Source: Myxococcota bacterium (GTDB lineage: Bacteria > Myxococcota_A > UBA796 > GCA-2862545). Taken from it: a stretch of DNA of 39,189 nt. The notes below the pieces were generated by a model, which had not been told where the DNA came from, searched no databases, and saw only the letters and a list, made by a program, of their open reading frames with translations. Position 1 is the first letter of the stretch; each line of letters starts with the position of its first letter. Location: NCBI GenBank assembly GCA_039208735.1, contig JBCCQY010000077.1:1-39189 (forward strand), given 5' to 3'. Both the position numbers and the translations under genes were made by a program. Positions 27,683 to 37,194 of this stretch are shown here, one piece after another.

Positions 27683-28650
27683 TTCGCTGGTGGATCGACG
27701 TGTGGAACCGTCGCGAAGTGCCGACGATGTTGGCGGCAGTTCGGATCGGCGTTGGATTGACGCTGTTTTTGGACTTCGTCACCGTTGGGGCGATGGACCT
27801 GGTGGTACCGCTCATGGCGTCGGAAGAGGCCGGAGGGTTTGCGCAGAGCAACGCTACATGGTCGAGGTGGTACGCCCAAATCCTGGGTACCGGCCAAGGA
27901 CCTGCGTGGGGGCTTTACCTCGGCCTCGTCCTGAGCAGCTTTCTCATGACCATCGGAGCGGCCACCCGCATCAGCACTCTGGTGTTGCTGCTGTTGTCCG
28001 CCCAGTGGGCCCTCACCTTGCCGCCCGCAGATCGAGCCATCGACACCCTGCTCCGCAACGCCCTCGCGATTCTTGTGTTCAGCGAGGCCGGTCGGACGTG
28101 GTCTGTCGATGCGAGGCTACGCACGGGCTCCCTGTGGGGAGATGGGGCTGAGGTGCCAGCCTGGCCGCGCTATCTGCTCGTAGTGCAGTTGGTCATCGTG
28201 TACTTTACGGCTGGGGTTTCGAAGTACGCGCAGCACTGGTGGCCGTGGGGCGACTACGCGGGCCTCTGGATCATCCTGCACGATTGGAGCTACACCGCAG
28301 TCCCTGCGGCCTGGCTCGAGGCGACGCGTCCGGTCAGCTACTGGATGACCCAGTTTGGCACGTTCACGACGATGGCGTTTCAGTGGACCTATCCGATCGT
28401 GTTGCTGCATTACTTCCCCCCGCGTGGCGAAGCGGGGTGGTTTCGTGCGCGCTTCGAACGACATTCGATGCACTTGGCATGGATCGCCACGGGAGCTGCC
28501 TTCCACGTAGGGATTGGGCTCACAATGTCGCTCGGAATCTTCCCTTGGGGAACGCTCGCGCTGTATCCGGCGTACTTCCATCCGGACGAAATCCAGGGGC
28601 TTGTGGCGCGAGTCCTCAGACCTCGAGGGCTTCCACAAACTGACGGCTAA
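27679..28650 (+). CDS. HTTM-domain (SdpB/vitamin-K carboxylase-like) multi-TM protein
   Basis: GTG start; LAAVRIGVG, GAATR, WSVDA, WPRYLLVVQLVIVYFTAGVSK and FHVGIGLTMSLGIF motifs. Confidence 0.85.
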   Translation: MIRWWIDVWNRREVPTMLAAVRIGVGLTLFLDFVTVGAMDLVVPLMASEEAGGFAQSNATWSRWYAQILGTGQGPAWGLYLGLVLSSFLMTIGAATRISTLVLLLLSAQWALTLPPADRAIDTLLRNALAILVFSEAGRTWSVDARLRTGSLWGDGAEVPAWPRYLLVVQLVIVYFTAGVSKYAQHWWPWGDYAGLWIILHDWSYTAVPAAWLEATRPVSYWMTQFGTFTTMAFQWTYPIVLLHYFPPRGEAGWFRARFERHSMHLAWIATGAAFHVGIGLTMSLGIFPWGTLALYPAYFHPDEIQGLVARVLRPRGLPQTDG

Positions 28651-28897
28651 GCGCCAACTGCACGTCCCTCAGGAGCGTGTCGGCTAGCTCGATGCCGTGG
28701 CGTTTCAAGATGGCCTTCGCCTGACGGTCAGCGAGCTTCTCTGCCGTCGCGAGGGCTTCTTCGTCGCACTCTTCGGGCTCAGGGTCGCGCCCTCTCTCCT
28801 CTCGGAAATCCTCAATCCAGCTACAGCCTGCGTCCCAGCCAAGTTGCTCGATCTCGCTGCGGACGCCGTCGTCCAAGTCGTTGAACGTCACGAACAC
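28616..28897 (-). CDS. small acidic hypothetical protein
   Basis: 93-aa helical D/E-rich ORF with GTG start, co-oriented 47 nt after the MscS gene. Confidence 0.55.
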   Translation of the reverse strand: MFVTFNDLDDGVRSEIEQLGWDAGCSWIEDFREERGRDPEPEECDEEALATAEKLADRQAKAILKRHGIELADTLLRDVQLALSRQFVEALEV

Positions 28898-28944
28898 TCC
28901 ACCATGGGCCGCTTGACGTCGATCGCCGCGCCCATCTAACGGAA

Positions 28945-30090
28945 TTAAGCGTCGGCCCTGGTATGGGCCGCCAGTACCTCGTGGACTCGCTCCGGAAAGC
29001 TGCCCGCAAAGTCGTCCTCATACGCACCCTCAAGCAATTCCACCGAGACGTGCCACCGATCAGGATCAGATGGGTCCTGTCCGATGGAAGGCGTCGTCGA
29101 GGGGGCGAGCCAGGGGGAGAGCATGGCCGACTCCCAAAGAACGGTGCGAGCCTGGGTCGCATCGATGTTCGGGAGCCGCATCGCCACGTGCACCTGTGGA
29201 AAGGACTCCGTGGCCGCCTGAATGGGCTGTTGCAGCAGCACCCGGTTCGGGATGGAAATGCGCTGTCCATGGGCATCGACAATCCAGACCGACCGCAGCG
29301 TGAATGAATCGATCGCACCATGGTAGTCGCCCGATCGAATCCATACGCCCCGAGCAAGCTGACCTTCGGTCGCGAGAACCACCCACGCAAGCACGTCGGG
29401 GAGGATCTCCCGAAGGGACCAACCGACGGCAATGGCCGCTCCGATGGCGATCCAGGTCAGGGCGGGCACAATGCCCACCGGCAACAGGGCCACGATGGCC
29501 GTCAGCGCCACAACCACTGCGATGGCTCGGCCAAAGATCTCGGTGCCCACCATGAGCGAAGGCAGGATGCCGATAGGGCGCAGTCGCGCCCGAAATGAGC
29601 GCGCCAGTCCCGCCGCCCCCAGTGAAACAAAGGCAAATAGCGCCAGTCCAAAAAGGGCTTGGGGCCCCCTCCGGTTCAGCGTGGGCACGAGTTGGTCGAA
29701 CACCGCTTCGATGCGTTCGTCAAGCGCGCCGCGAGGTGGGGGAGGGGGTGGTTCGACCACGATTTCAACGGGCTTAGGAACGATCCGTTCCGGTGGTGGA
29801 CCTTGGGGCTCGGGCGGCGGCGTTGGGATCGGGGTTGGCGCGGGAACGGGCGGCAGCTCGGCGTGAGGAGGATCGTCGTGGACTGGTTCGGCGGATGCTG
29901 GCTCCTCGTCGGCCTCGCCGGACTCGACTCCCGTATCGGTCCCCGTGGGCATGGGAGTGGTCTCCTCGGGCGACGAAGGCTCCTCCTCGATCGGGAGTTC
30001 CGTCTCCGAAACCTCCACCTCCAGCGGCGGCGTGGACTCTTCTACCGGCTCCGCTCGAGCGACCAACATCCAAATGGCTGCTAGGTTCAT
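28945..30090 (-). CDS. MscS-family mechanosensitive channel with N-terminal acidic/Pro-rich extension
   Basis: ATGA overlap with the CPA fusion stop; three TM helices; GWSLREILPDVLA...GVWIRSGDYHGAI..FTLRS.....GQRISIPN. Confidence 0.85.
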   Translation of the reverse strand: MNLAAIWMLVARAEPVEESTPPLEVEVSETELPIEEEPSSPEETTPMPTGTDTGVESGEADEEPASAEPVHDDPPHAELPPVPAPTPIPTPPPEPQGPPPERIVPKPVEIVVEPPPPPPRGALDERIEAVFDQLVPTLNRRGPQALFGLALFAFVSLGAAGLARSFRARLRPIGILPSLMVGTEIFGRAIAVVVALTAIVALLPVGIVPALTWIAIGAAIAVGWSLREILPDVLAWVVLATEGQLARGVWIRSGDYHGAIDSFTLRSVWIVDAHGQRISIPNRVLLQQPIQAATESFPQVHVAMRLPNIDATQARTVLWESAMLSPWLAPSTTPSIGQDPSDPDRWHVSVELLEGAYEDDFAGSFPERVHEVLAAHTRADA

Positions 30091-33000
30091 GCCCAGTTTC
30101 TCCGCACGAACACGCGATGCAAGGCCCCACGTAGATGAGGAGCGAGTTGGAGGACGTCGCCGGCCTCTACAAGGAGCCCCACTTGCCGCAACTGGGCAAG
30201 ATGCGCGGTGGACCATCCCGCTTCGGTTCGGAACAACCGGCTGTGCAATGCGGAGGTCATCCACCCTTGCCGGGTGACTTCGAGCAGGGTCAGCAACTCG
30301 GGCTCTCTGAGTTCGGCCAAGCGAGTGAGGGGCGGCCGGGGGACCTTCCCGATGCGAAGTCGGCCTTGGCCTTCGTCTACCGAGACGATGCTCGCCATCC
30401 ATAGACGCAGCGCGTCTTGCAGCACGCCCGCGGAGGCAGCGTGGAGCGTGCCGAACCACGCGGTTTTGCGCCTGCGATCGCGGTCGTTTCCACGCAATAG
30501 CGTATGCTGGATCTGCCAGCCAAGGTCGTCTTCGGCTTCAAAGCGCACGTCGTAGCCACTCATGGCGTGGCGAGAGGTGAGCGCCTGTTCGAGCTGTTCG
30601 ACGTCCAGCGGACCGAGCCGCACGACGGTAGCCATCGCCTGGGCAAGACCCGTGTTGTCGGCCACAAAACGCCACACGCTCTCGTCCGCAACGACCACGA
30701 AGGCATGGCGGCCTTGGTCGGCGATGATGCGTTGCACGAGGCCCCGTAGCGAAACGAATCCGCCAGGTTCACGCCGGAACCACCAGCGGAGTTCGGGAAT
30801 CACCACCGTGCGGCGCTCCGCGGGCAGCGCATCGAACCATTCGTCGAGCTGAGCTTGGTCGACGGGACTCTCGGCCGACCATCGCACCACGTGGCTCGAC
30901 CGGATGGCTGCGTTCACCACCGCGAGGGCGGCTTGTCGGTCGAGGCTCACCACCGCGGCCGTTCGAAAGCCGCCAGTCGTGGATAACGCGGTTCGCAAGC
31001 GGTCGAGTTGGACTTCGCGACCGGACAGCAAATCGCCTGCTTCGAGTGCTTGCTCCGAGAACAACCGCCGGTAGACCAGCGGCACGTCCGTCGCAGGTCG
31101 TGGAGGCGACAGGGCGGACCGAAGATCGCGCTCATCGCCGAGTTCCGGCAGTCCCAAGACCGCTCGGATGGCCAGCATCCGATCTTCGCCCAACGCGCGG
31201 TTTCCGAACTCCGAGATGCGGTCGAGGGCGTTCGGGAACCACCCGCCGAAGCGTTGGGCCCGGCGGGCAAAGGTGCGACCCAGAGGGGCCTCTCGAAGCC
31301 ACTGGGAGCGAAGGTCGGCGATGCGGCCGTCGAGAATCGTCTCGCGCAGCTGGGTCATGCCGCCAATCACCGCCTTGGTGATGCGTTCATCGGTGGCATC
31401 GACCAATTCGTTGGCCGACCGAGCCAATGGGTCGAGTCTGGCGTGGCTTCGGCCGATCGCGCCCACCACCATGGCTTGCACCAGGTCGCCCGTCTCGGGC
31501 CCCACTGCGGCGCCTTCGTCCAACACATCGAGTTCCGCCCCGGCGAGTTCGACGTTGAACGCAACAACACGTTCGAGTTCGACTAAAACCGCAAGCGTTT
31601 CGCGGAATTGGGCCGTCAGCTCCACCGTGAGGTCCAGCAGCTCACGGCTCACCTGAACCTCGAGTAGGCCTGCGACGAGGTCGCGAAAGGCGATCTCGGT
31701 GGTGGGGATGGGTTTCGGCAGGGCCCACTCCCCGGTGATCGGTCGACCCGTAGGGACTTCGTAGAACTCGGTGAGCCCTTGGACGGGCCGACGCAAATCG
31801 TCGAGGAGTGCGGTGACCCACGCTTCTTCGGTGAGCGCATCGGTCAGCTCACGCATCACGCTTTGAGCCTCGGCAATCGCGTGGACGACGGGTTCGGACG
31901 ACTGCCGCAGCGTCTGACCAAGGGTCTCGGCGTCGGGCGGCTCGTTCAGGAGCGCCCGAGTTTCGTCGAGCCACTGTCCAAGCGTATTCTCGACCCGTCG
32001 GAGTTGGGTTGGGCCTCGCCCCCGAAGCTGGCGCACGAGCCGGTCGGCATGGTGGCGTACGGCATCGCGGATGCGGCCTTCCAGACCGACCAATTCAAGT
32101 TCGAGGGCCAGTTGGTGAAAGCGCCCTTCGACCACATCCCGAGCCGCGGGCAGCCCGTCGGTGAGCAGCCCGATGCCTTCGTTTCGTTCGGTGAACACAC
32201 GGCTGTAACGACGCTTACGCAGGGGGAGATCCAGCGTTCCGACCGTCTTGACGTCCTCGCGCAGCGCTTGGAGCGCGTGACCGAGGACTCGCGCAGTACG
32301 GGTTTGGCCGTCTTCGCTGATCGCGGTGAGCTCCTCAAGCGCGATGCGGAATTCAGCGTCGACCTCACCGCGAAGCGCCGTGAGCCGTTCTGCAGTGGCG
32401 GCCGCACCTTCCTGTTCGGCGGCGAGTGCGGTGGCCTCGAGGCCGTCCGCAGCGAGTCGGAACAAGGTGTTGACGCGATTGGCGAGGTGCAAGTCGCCGT
32501 TGATGAGCAACGCCGCTAGACCTTCGAGCCGACTCGGTACGCGACCGGAGAATTGGTAGCGCCCGAGCTGGCGCAGCGGCACTTCGCGGCGCAGCCGAAA
32601 CAGGCGCACCCGCAGCCAGAGCCAGCGACGACGAAGGGCACGCCACCACGACTCCGGACGGCGCTGCAACAGGTCGGGATGGACCGGGGCGTCGAAGCGC
32701 TCCGAAAGCGTTGCGATGTGGGCGTCGATGGCTTCGACCAGCTCGATGGGGGACCACTGGTCGCGGCGAGTGGCCCGGGCCGCCCGGTCGATCACGAGGT
32801 CACGCCAACGTTCTCCCAAATCGCCGATGTCGTTGCGGAGTCGAGCCGCAATCTCCGTTCCTTGGCCCTGGCGAACCGAGGCTCGGCGGGCGATTCGGAG
32901 AAACTCTCTTCTGAGCTGTCGAATCCAGGCTTCGGCGTCGCGTCGACGATCGATCAGCGGGAGGTTGGTCTGGTCGTGAGCGATCTGCCGCATGTCGGTG

Positions 33001-34526
33001 CCCAATTCCTCCACCGCCTCGTCGAGCAACGGCTCGCCGGTGGGCAACGGCCGGCCCCAGACATGCTCATCGACCGGTTCCGCGTTCCAGGTCGACAGCT
33101 CTCCGCTGGTGGCTGGGCCCTTCGACTCAGTTTCAACCTCGGGTTTCGCGTCAGCCGACTCTCCCGCGTAGCCCAGGCCGAACTGAAGCATCACGGGGCC
33201 GATGACCTCGTTGATGGCAACGCCCGCGAGAAGGAGCGAGAACAGCGTGTCGCCGATCTCTCCAGTGAATACTTCGTCTTTGGCCTTGGTTGCGAGGGCG
33301 ATGACGACGCCAGCTTGGCTGATGAACCCCAGCCATCCGTAGCGCTGGACCACCGGCTCGGCGTTGCCCACCAGACCGCCGATTCGGGTGGCGACGAACA
33401 TGGCCACAATCCGGGTTCCGACGAGCAAAACGGCGGGACCAGCCATGCTGACGATCAGATCGAGGTGCAGGTTGGCGCCGGCCAAGGTGAAGAATACGAC
33501 GTAGACCGGCATTGCGAGCCGTTCCACCTCGTGAATCAACGTTTCGCCCCGACTCGAGAAGTTGCCCACCACCAGACCCGCCACGATGAACATCAGCGCG
33601 GGCTCACCACCGACTTCCTGAACCAGGAAGGTCGCCGTGTAGATCATGGCCACGAGGAAGAGCAACAGCTCGCCGCCGACGTAGCGGAGGTAGGCGTCGA
33701 TGAAGATGCCGAGCAGTACGCCACCCAAGATGGCGGCCCCGATGTGCAAGAACGCGGTTTCGAGACCTTCGCCTTCGCCGCCGACAAAGCCAATGGCGAA
33801 CGTCGTGGTTGCCGCGAATGCAGTGATGACGAACACGTCCTTCAACACGACCGTCGACAACACGGTGCGGGCCATCGGACCCTTGGCGCCAAGGCTATTG
33901 ATGACCGCGATGGTCGCGGCGGGCGAGGTCGCAAATCCGAGTGCGGCGACGACGGACCCCAACGCCACGAGGCTCGCGGTCGACATGGCCGCAAGCACGG
34001 GCACGGAACCTGGCATGAGCTGCGGAATCGCGACGAAGGTTCCGATCACCACAATGGGTACGATGATCGCCTGCGAGACCAAGATCGCCATGATGGCGCG
34101 GAACCCTTCACGCAAGCCCTTGAGCCGGAGTTCTCCCCCTGCGGTGAGCGCGATGAGGGCTAGCGCGAGGTCGTTGAGGGGGCTCAGCTGCTGGACGACC
34201 GCTTCGGACAGCACGCCGTCATCGAGCGGAGCAGGCAGCACGAGGTCTGGAAATGCGGCATGAAGGTAGACCGAAGCCGAATGGCCCAGTGCGAGGCCGG
34301 CCAACAGGTAGCCCGTGATGTGCGGCAGTCCGAAGACCTCGGCCAGCTCACCGATCGCGTAGGCCGCGAGGATGACAAAGCCGAGCGACAACAGCCCGCG
34401 GGGGTCAAACCCCTCCATGGGAACCGTAGCCAGCCCGTGGAACAGCACCATCGCGGCGAGGAGCCCCGCCACGATGGCGACCTTGATCAGGATGTCGACG
34501 CGTTCGCCGGAGGAGGAGGACGCCAT
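30087..34526 (-). CDS. cation:proton antiporter (CPA) fused to a ~1000-aa cytoplasmic region ending in a degenerate STAND/AAA-like NTPase and winged helix
   Basis: LPHITGYLLAG, GGEL, ATSPAATIAV, LKDV, FFTLAG, SQAGV and NEVIGP in the first ~455 aa; C-terminal YRRLF...LSGRE..L, LGPLD, SAG...AL.LW. Confidence 0.85.
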   Translation of the reverse strand: MASSSSGERVDILIKVAIVAGLLAAMVLFHGLATVPMEGFDPRGLLSLGFVILAAYAIGELAEVFGLPHITGYLLAGLALGHSASVYLHAAFPDLVLPAPLDDGVLSEAVVQQLSPLNDLALALIALTAGGELRLKGLREGFRAIMAILVSQAIIVPIVVIGTFVAIPQLMPGSVPVLAAMSTASLVALGSVVAALGFATSPAATIAVINSLGAKGPMARTVLSTVVLKDVFVITAFAATTTFAIGFVGGEGEGLETAFLHIGAAILGGVLLGIFIDAYLRYVGGELLLFLVAMIYTATFLVQEVGGEPALMFIVAGLVVGNFSSRGETLIHEVERLAMPVYVVFFTLAGANLHLDLIVSMAGPAVLLVGTRIVAMFVATRIGGLVGNAEPVVQRYGWLGFISQAGVVIALATKAKDEVFTGEIGDTLFSLLLAGVAINEVIGPVMLQFGLGYAGESADAKPEVETESKGPATSGELSTWNAEPVDEHVWGRPLPTGEPLLDEAVEELGTDMRQIAHDQTNLPLIDRRRDAEAWIRQLRREFLRIARRASVRQGQGTEIAARLRNDIGDLGERWRDLVIDRAARATRRDQWSPIELVEAIDAHIATLSERFDAPVHPDLLQRRPESWWRALRRRWLWLRVRLFRLRREVPLRQLGRYQFSGRVPSRLEGLAALLINGDLHLANRVNTLFRLAADGLEATALAAEQEGAAATAERLTALRGEVDAEFRIALEELTAISEDGQTRTARVLGHALQALREDVKTVGTLDLPLRKRRYSRVFTERNEGIGLLTDGLPAARDVVEGRFHQLALELELVGLEGRIRDAVRHHADRLVRQLRGRGPTQLRRVENTLGQWLDETRALLNEPPDAETLGQTLRQSSEPVVHAIAEAQSVMRELTDALTEEAWVTALLDDLRRPVQGLTEFYEVPTGRPITGEWALPKPIPTTEIAFRDLVAGLLEVQVSRELLDLTVELTAQFRETLAVLVELERVVAFNVELAGAELDVLDEGAAVGPETGDLVQAMVVGAIGRSHARLDPLARSANELVDATDERITKAVIGGMTQLRETILDGRIADLRSQWLREAPLGRTFARRAQRFGGWFPNALDRISEFGNRALGEDRMLAIRAVLGLPELGDERDLRSALSPPRPATDVPLVYRRLFSEQALEAGDLLSGREVQLDRLRTALSTTGGFRTAAVVSLDRQAALAVVNAAIRSSHVVRWSAESPVDQAQLDEWFDALPAERRTVVIPELRWWFRREPGGFVSLRGLVQRIIADQGRHAFVVVADESVWRFVADNTGLAQAMATVVRLGPLDVEQLEQALTSRHAMSGYDVRFEAEDDLGWQIQHTLLRGNDRDRRRKTAWFGTLHAASAGVLQDALRLWMASIVSVDEGQGRLRIGKVPRPPLTRLAELREPELLTLLEVTRQGWMTSALHSRLFRTEAGWSTAHLAQLRQVGLLVEAGDVLQLAPHLRGALHRVFVRRNWA

Positions 34527-34528
34527 CG

Positions 34529-35884
34529 TCAGCTCCGGTGCTGGAAAAGTCGAGCCACGCCCTGGCGAGCCCGAGGGGTGGTCAGCACGACCACCGTGTC
34601 TCCCACGTGGATCACGTCATCGCCACCGGGAATCACCACCCGATCCCCCTTGAGAATCGCGGCAAGCAAGGCTCCGCGCGGGATCGGCAGCCGTTTGACT
34701 TCCGTGCCTACGATGCGCGAACCCTCGTGAGCGACGAGTTCGAGCACTTCCGCTTGCCCCTCTTCCATCACGGTCAGGCTTTGGAGTTCGTGTTGGTGGC
34801 AGTACCGCAGCACATGTTCGGATGCGACGGTGCGTGGCGACAGGACGATGTCGATGCCGAGTTGTCGGTAGATTTCGCCGTAGTCCGGACGCGAGACCAA
34901 GCAGACGGTGCGATTGCATTCGAGGCGGCGTGCGAGCAGGCCGGCCATGAGGTTGACCTCGTCCTCATTCGTGACGGCCACGAACAGTCCGTAGTTGCCA
35001 ACCTTCTCTTCCGTGAGAAGTTCGATGTCGGTGCCGTCCCCGTGCACCACCGTGGTGCTGGGTAGGCTCGCACCGAGCCGCTGGGCTCGCTCCGCGTCGA
35101 CCTCGATGAGCATCACTTCGAGGGGCGTTGTCGCGAGCATTCGGGCCAGGGATTCCCCGATCACGCCTCCGCCTACGATGCAGACGCCATGCGTTTCGTG
35201 ACGACGGGTGAAGAGGTCTTCGGCCTCGTTCATCTGTTCGGGACGGCCGATCAAGTAGACCCGGTCCTGGGGCAGCAACACATCGGCGCCTCCGGGCACG
35301 AAGAGTTTTTTGTTGCGAACCACCGCCCCGACGAGGACCCCTTGGGGAAGAGCAAGTTTGGATAGGGGCTTATGCAGCATTCGCCCTTGTTCACCGAGTT
35401 CGACCTGGACCAATTCGAGTTGGTCGTTCGCGAGGTCAATGACGTCCAACGCTCCGTGTGACTGCGCGATCTTGGCGATTTCTTGGGCGAGGAGGACCCT
35501 CGGGTTGAAGACGACATCGACACCGAGGAGATCGTACTGCACCCCGGCCGGTGCGTTGTCAGCGGTCGCACCGGACCATTCGTTTCCTTGCACCCGGGCT
35601 ACGGCGCGCTTCGCCCCCATGCGCCGGGCCCCCAAGGCGGCGATCAGGTTGACCTCATCGTGGTTGGTCACCGAAACTACGAGATCGGCACGATGGACAC
35701 CGGCTTCGCGCAGCACCCGCTGGCTGGCGCCGTACCCTTGCAGCGTCATCACATCGTGGTGTTCTTCGATGTAGTCGATGGCATCTGCGTCCTGGTCGAC
35801 GGCGACGACATCGTGGCGCTCCCATTCGAGGGTGCGTACGACGTGGCGCCCGACCTGACCGAGCCCGATCACAACGATGTACAC
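34529..35884 (-). CDS. trkA: Trk system K+ uptake regulatory protein (two RCK domains)
   Basis: GTG start with GGAG RBS; VIGLGQVG, VTNHDEVNL, IVGGGVIG, HGDGTD, TNEDEVNL and IPGGDDVI motifs. Confidence 0.92.
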   Translation of the reverse strand: MYIVVIGLGQVGRHVVRTLEWERHDVVAVDQDADAIDYIEEHHDVMTLQGYGASQRVLREAGVHRADLVVSVTNHDEVNLIAALGARRMGAKRAVARVQGNEWSGATADNAPAGVQYDLLGVDVVFNPRVLLAQEIAKIAQSHGALDVIDLANDQLELVQVELGEQGRMLHKPLSKLALPQGVLVGAVVRNKKLFVPGGADVLLPQDRVYLIGRPEQMNEAEDLFTRRHETHGVCIVGGGVIGESLARMLATTPLEVMLIEVDAERAQRLGASLPSTTVVHGDGTDIELLTEEKVGNYGLFVAVTNEDEVNLMAGLLARRLECNRTVCLVSRPDYGEIYRQLGIDIVLSPRTVASEHVLRYCHQHELQSLTVMEEGQAEVLELVAHEGSRIVGTEVKRLPIPRGALLAAILKGDRVVIPGGDDVIHVGDTVVVLTTPRARQGVARLFQHRS

Positions 35885-35885
35885 G

Positions 35886-37166
35886 CTATCTCCCGACCAT
35901 GACAGGGTCGTTGTCGACCTCGCCTGCATCGACGAGCAAGCCCTGCAGCAAGCGGGGGCTGATCAGGCCGTGCACGACGACCGCCGCAAGGATGGCCGTG
36001 TGCACCAAATCGACCGCGGGATGGGAGTATACGAGCTGGAATCCGATCGACATGGCGACTGCGACGTCGCCTTGATCGAGGAGCCCTCGCCACAGGTCTC
36101 CCCGCAAGGGCGTCCCTCCGGTGGCCAGGCCAACCCCGATGACCTTGGCCAGCAGGCGGAGCACGATGAACCCTGCCGTCAGTGCGACCACCGCCCCCAA
36201 CGGAGGCGGATTCCACAGTGCTCCGGCAAAGATCAGCAACGTGAGCGTCACGGGGCGTTGCGTACGCTCGAGTTGGGTGGCCATGCGTCCGCCCCGACGC
36301 GTTTGGGCGAGCACCAACCCGAGAATGAGGTTGACGGCGAGGGCCGAGAGCTGGAGGAAGAAGGCGGCCCCCGAAGCGAACACCAAAATGCCCACCATCG
36401 ACAAGAACGCCTTGTTCGCGCTCTGATCTCGCCCGATGAAGAGCGAGAAGAGCAGGCCCAGCACGACACCCATGCCGATGGTCAGCAGCACTCCGTTCGC
36501 AGGAACGTCGAGCGCGGAGCCTTCGCTGACCCGCCAGATGCAGAAGACGAGGCCAAACGTAAGGATCGCGAGGGCGCTCGAGAATCGGGTGGTCCGCCTT
36601 AGCAGCGGCAGCAGGTGGGTTGCCGCGTCATGGAAGCGCTCGGAAAGCAGGTCGACGGCGGAACTCGAACCGGCGGATGCGGCGGCCCCCAACACCAGCG
36701 CACAAGGGGCGGCGATGTCCCACGGCACGGTCTCCAAGAGCAAACCCGATCGGAAGAACCACAGGCTTGCTCCGCTGACGAGGGCCAGGGTCACTAGACA
36801 ATCGACGATCGCAAGCCGCAAGGGTCGTGACAGCCCCGGCGCACGCAAATCGAGTTCGAGTCCGTAAAGGAGACCCACCCAACCCGCAGCAAACGCAAAG
36901 ACGGGCGCGACCGAGGTGAGGTTGAAGAATGGGTTGACGCTCGGCACGACAACCGGCCCGAGCACCACGCCAAGGACGATGTACTCGGCCGCGGACAGGA
37001 AGAGCAGCCGCTTCTGCAGGCGCTCCACCAATTCGTGAGCCCCGATCGCTCCAACCAAGATGCCCAGGAAGACAAGAACGGTGATGGAGTCGGTCTGCAC
37101 GCCTTCAGCGGCAGGTTCTCCCGATGCGAACGCGAGCGTAGGCCCGAACAGCGCGAGCCCTCCCAC
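35886..37166 (-). CDS. second CPA (Na+/H+ exchanger-fold) membrane protein
   Basis: About 12-13 TM helices; EYIVLGVVLGP, GWVGLLYGLEL, LIFAGA, QGDVAVAM and HGLISP. Start uncertain (GTG 37166 chosen); the track's N-terminal extension overlaps the upstream gene. Confidence 0.75.
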   Translation of the reverse strand: MGGLALFGPTLAFASGEPAAEGVQTDSITVLVFLGILVGAIGAHELVERLQKRLLFLSAAEYIVLGVVLGPVVVPSVNPFFNLTSVAPVFAFAAGWVGLLYGLELDLRAPGLSRPLRLAIVDCLVTLALVSGASLWFFRSGLLLETVPWDIAAPCALVLGAAASAGSSSAVDLLSERFHDAATHLLPLLRRTTRFSSALAILTFGLVFCIWRVSEGSALDVPANGVLLTIGMGVVLGLLFSLFIGRDQSANKAFLSMVGILVFASGAAFFLQLSALAVNLILGLVLAQTRRGGRMATQLERTQRPVTLTLLIFAGALWNPPPLGAVVALTAGFIVLRLLAKVIGVGLATGGTPLRGDLWRGLLDQGDVAVAMSIGFQLVYSHPAVDLVHTAILAAVVVHGLISPRLLQGLLVDAGEVDNDPVMVGR

Positions 37167-37194
37167 ACCGGCGAAAACGCTACGGGCCAGACGG

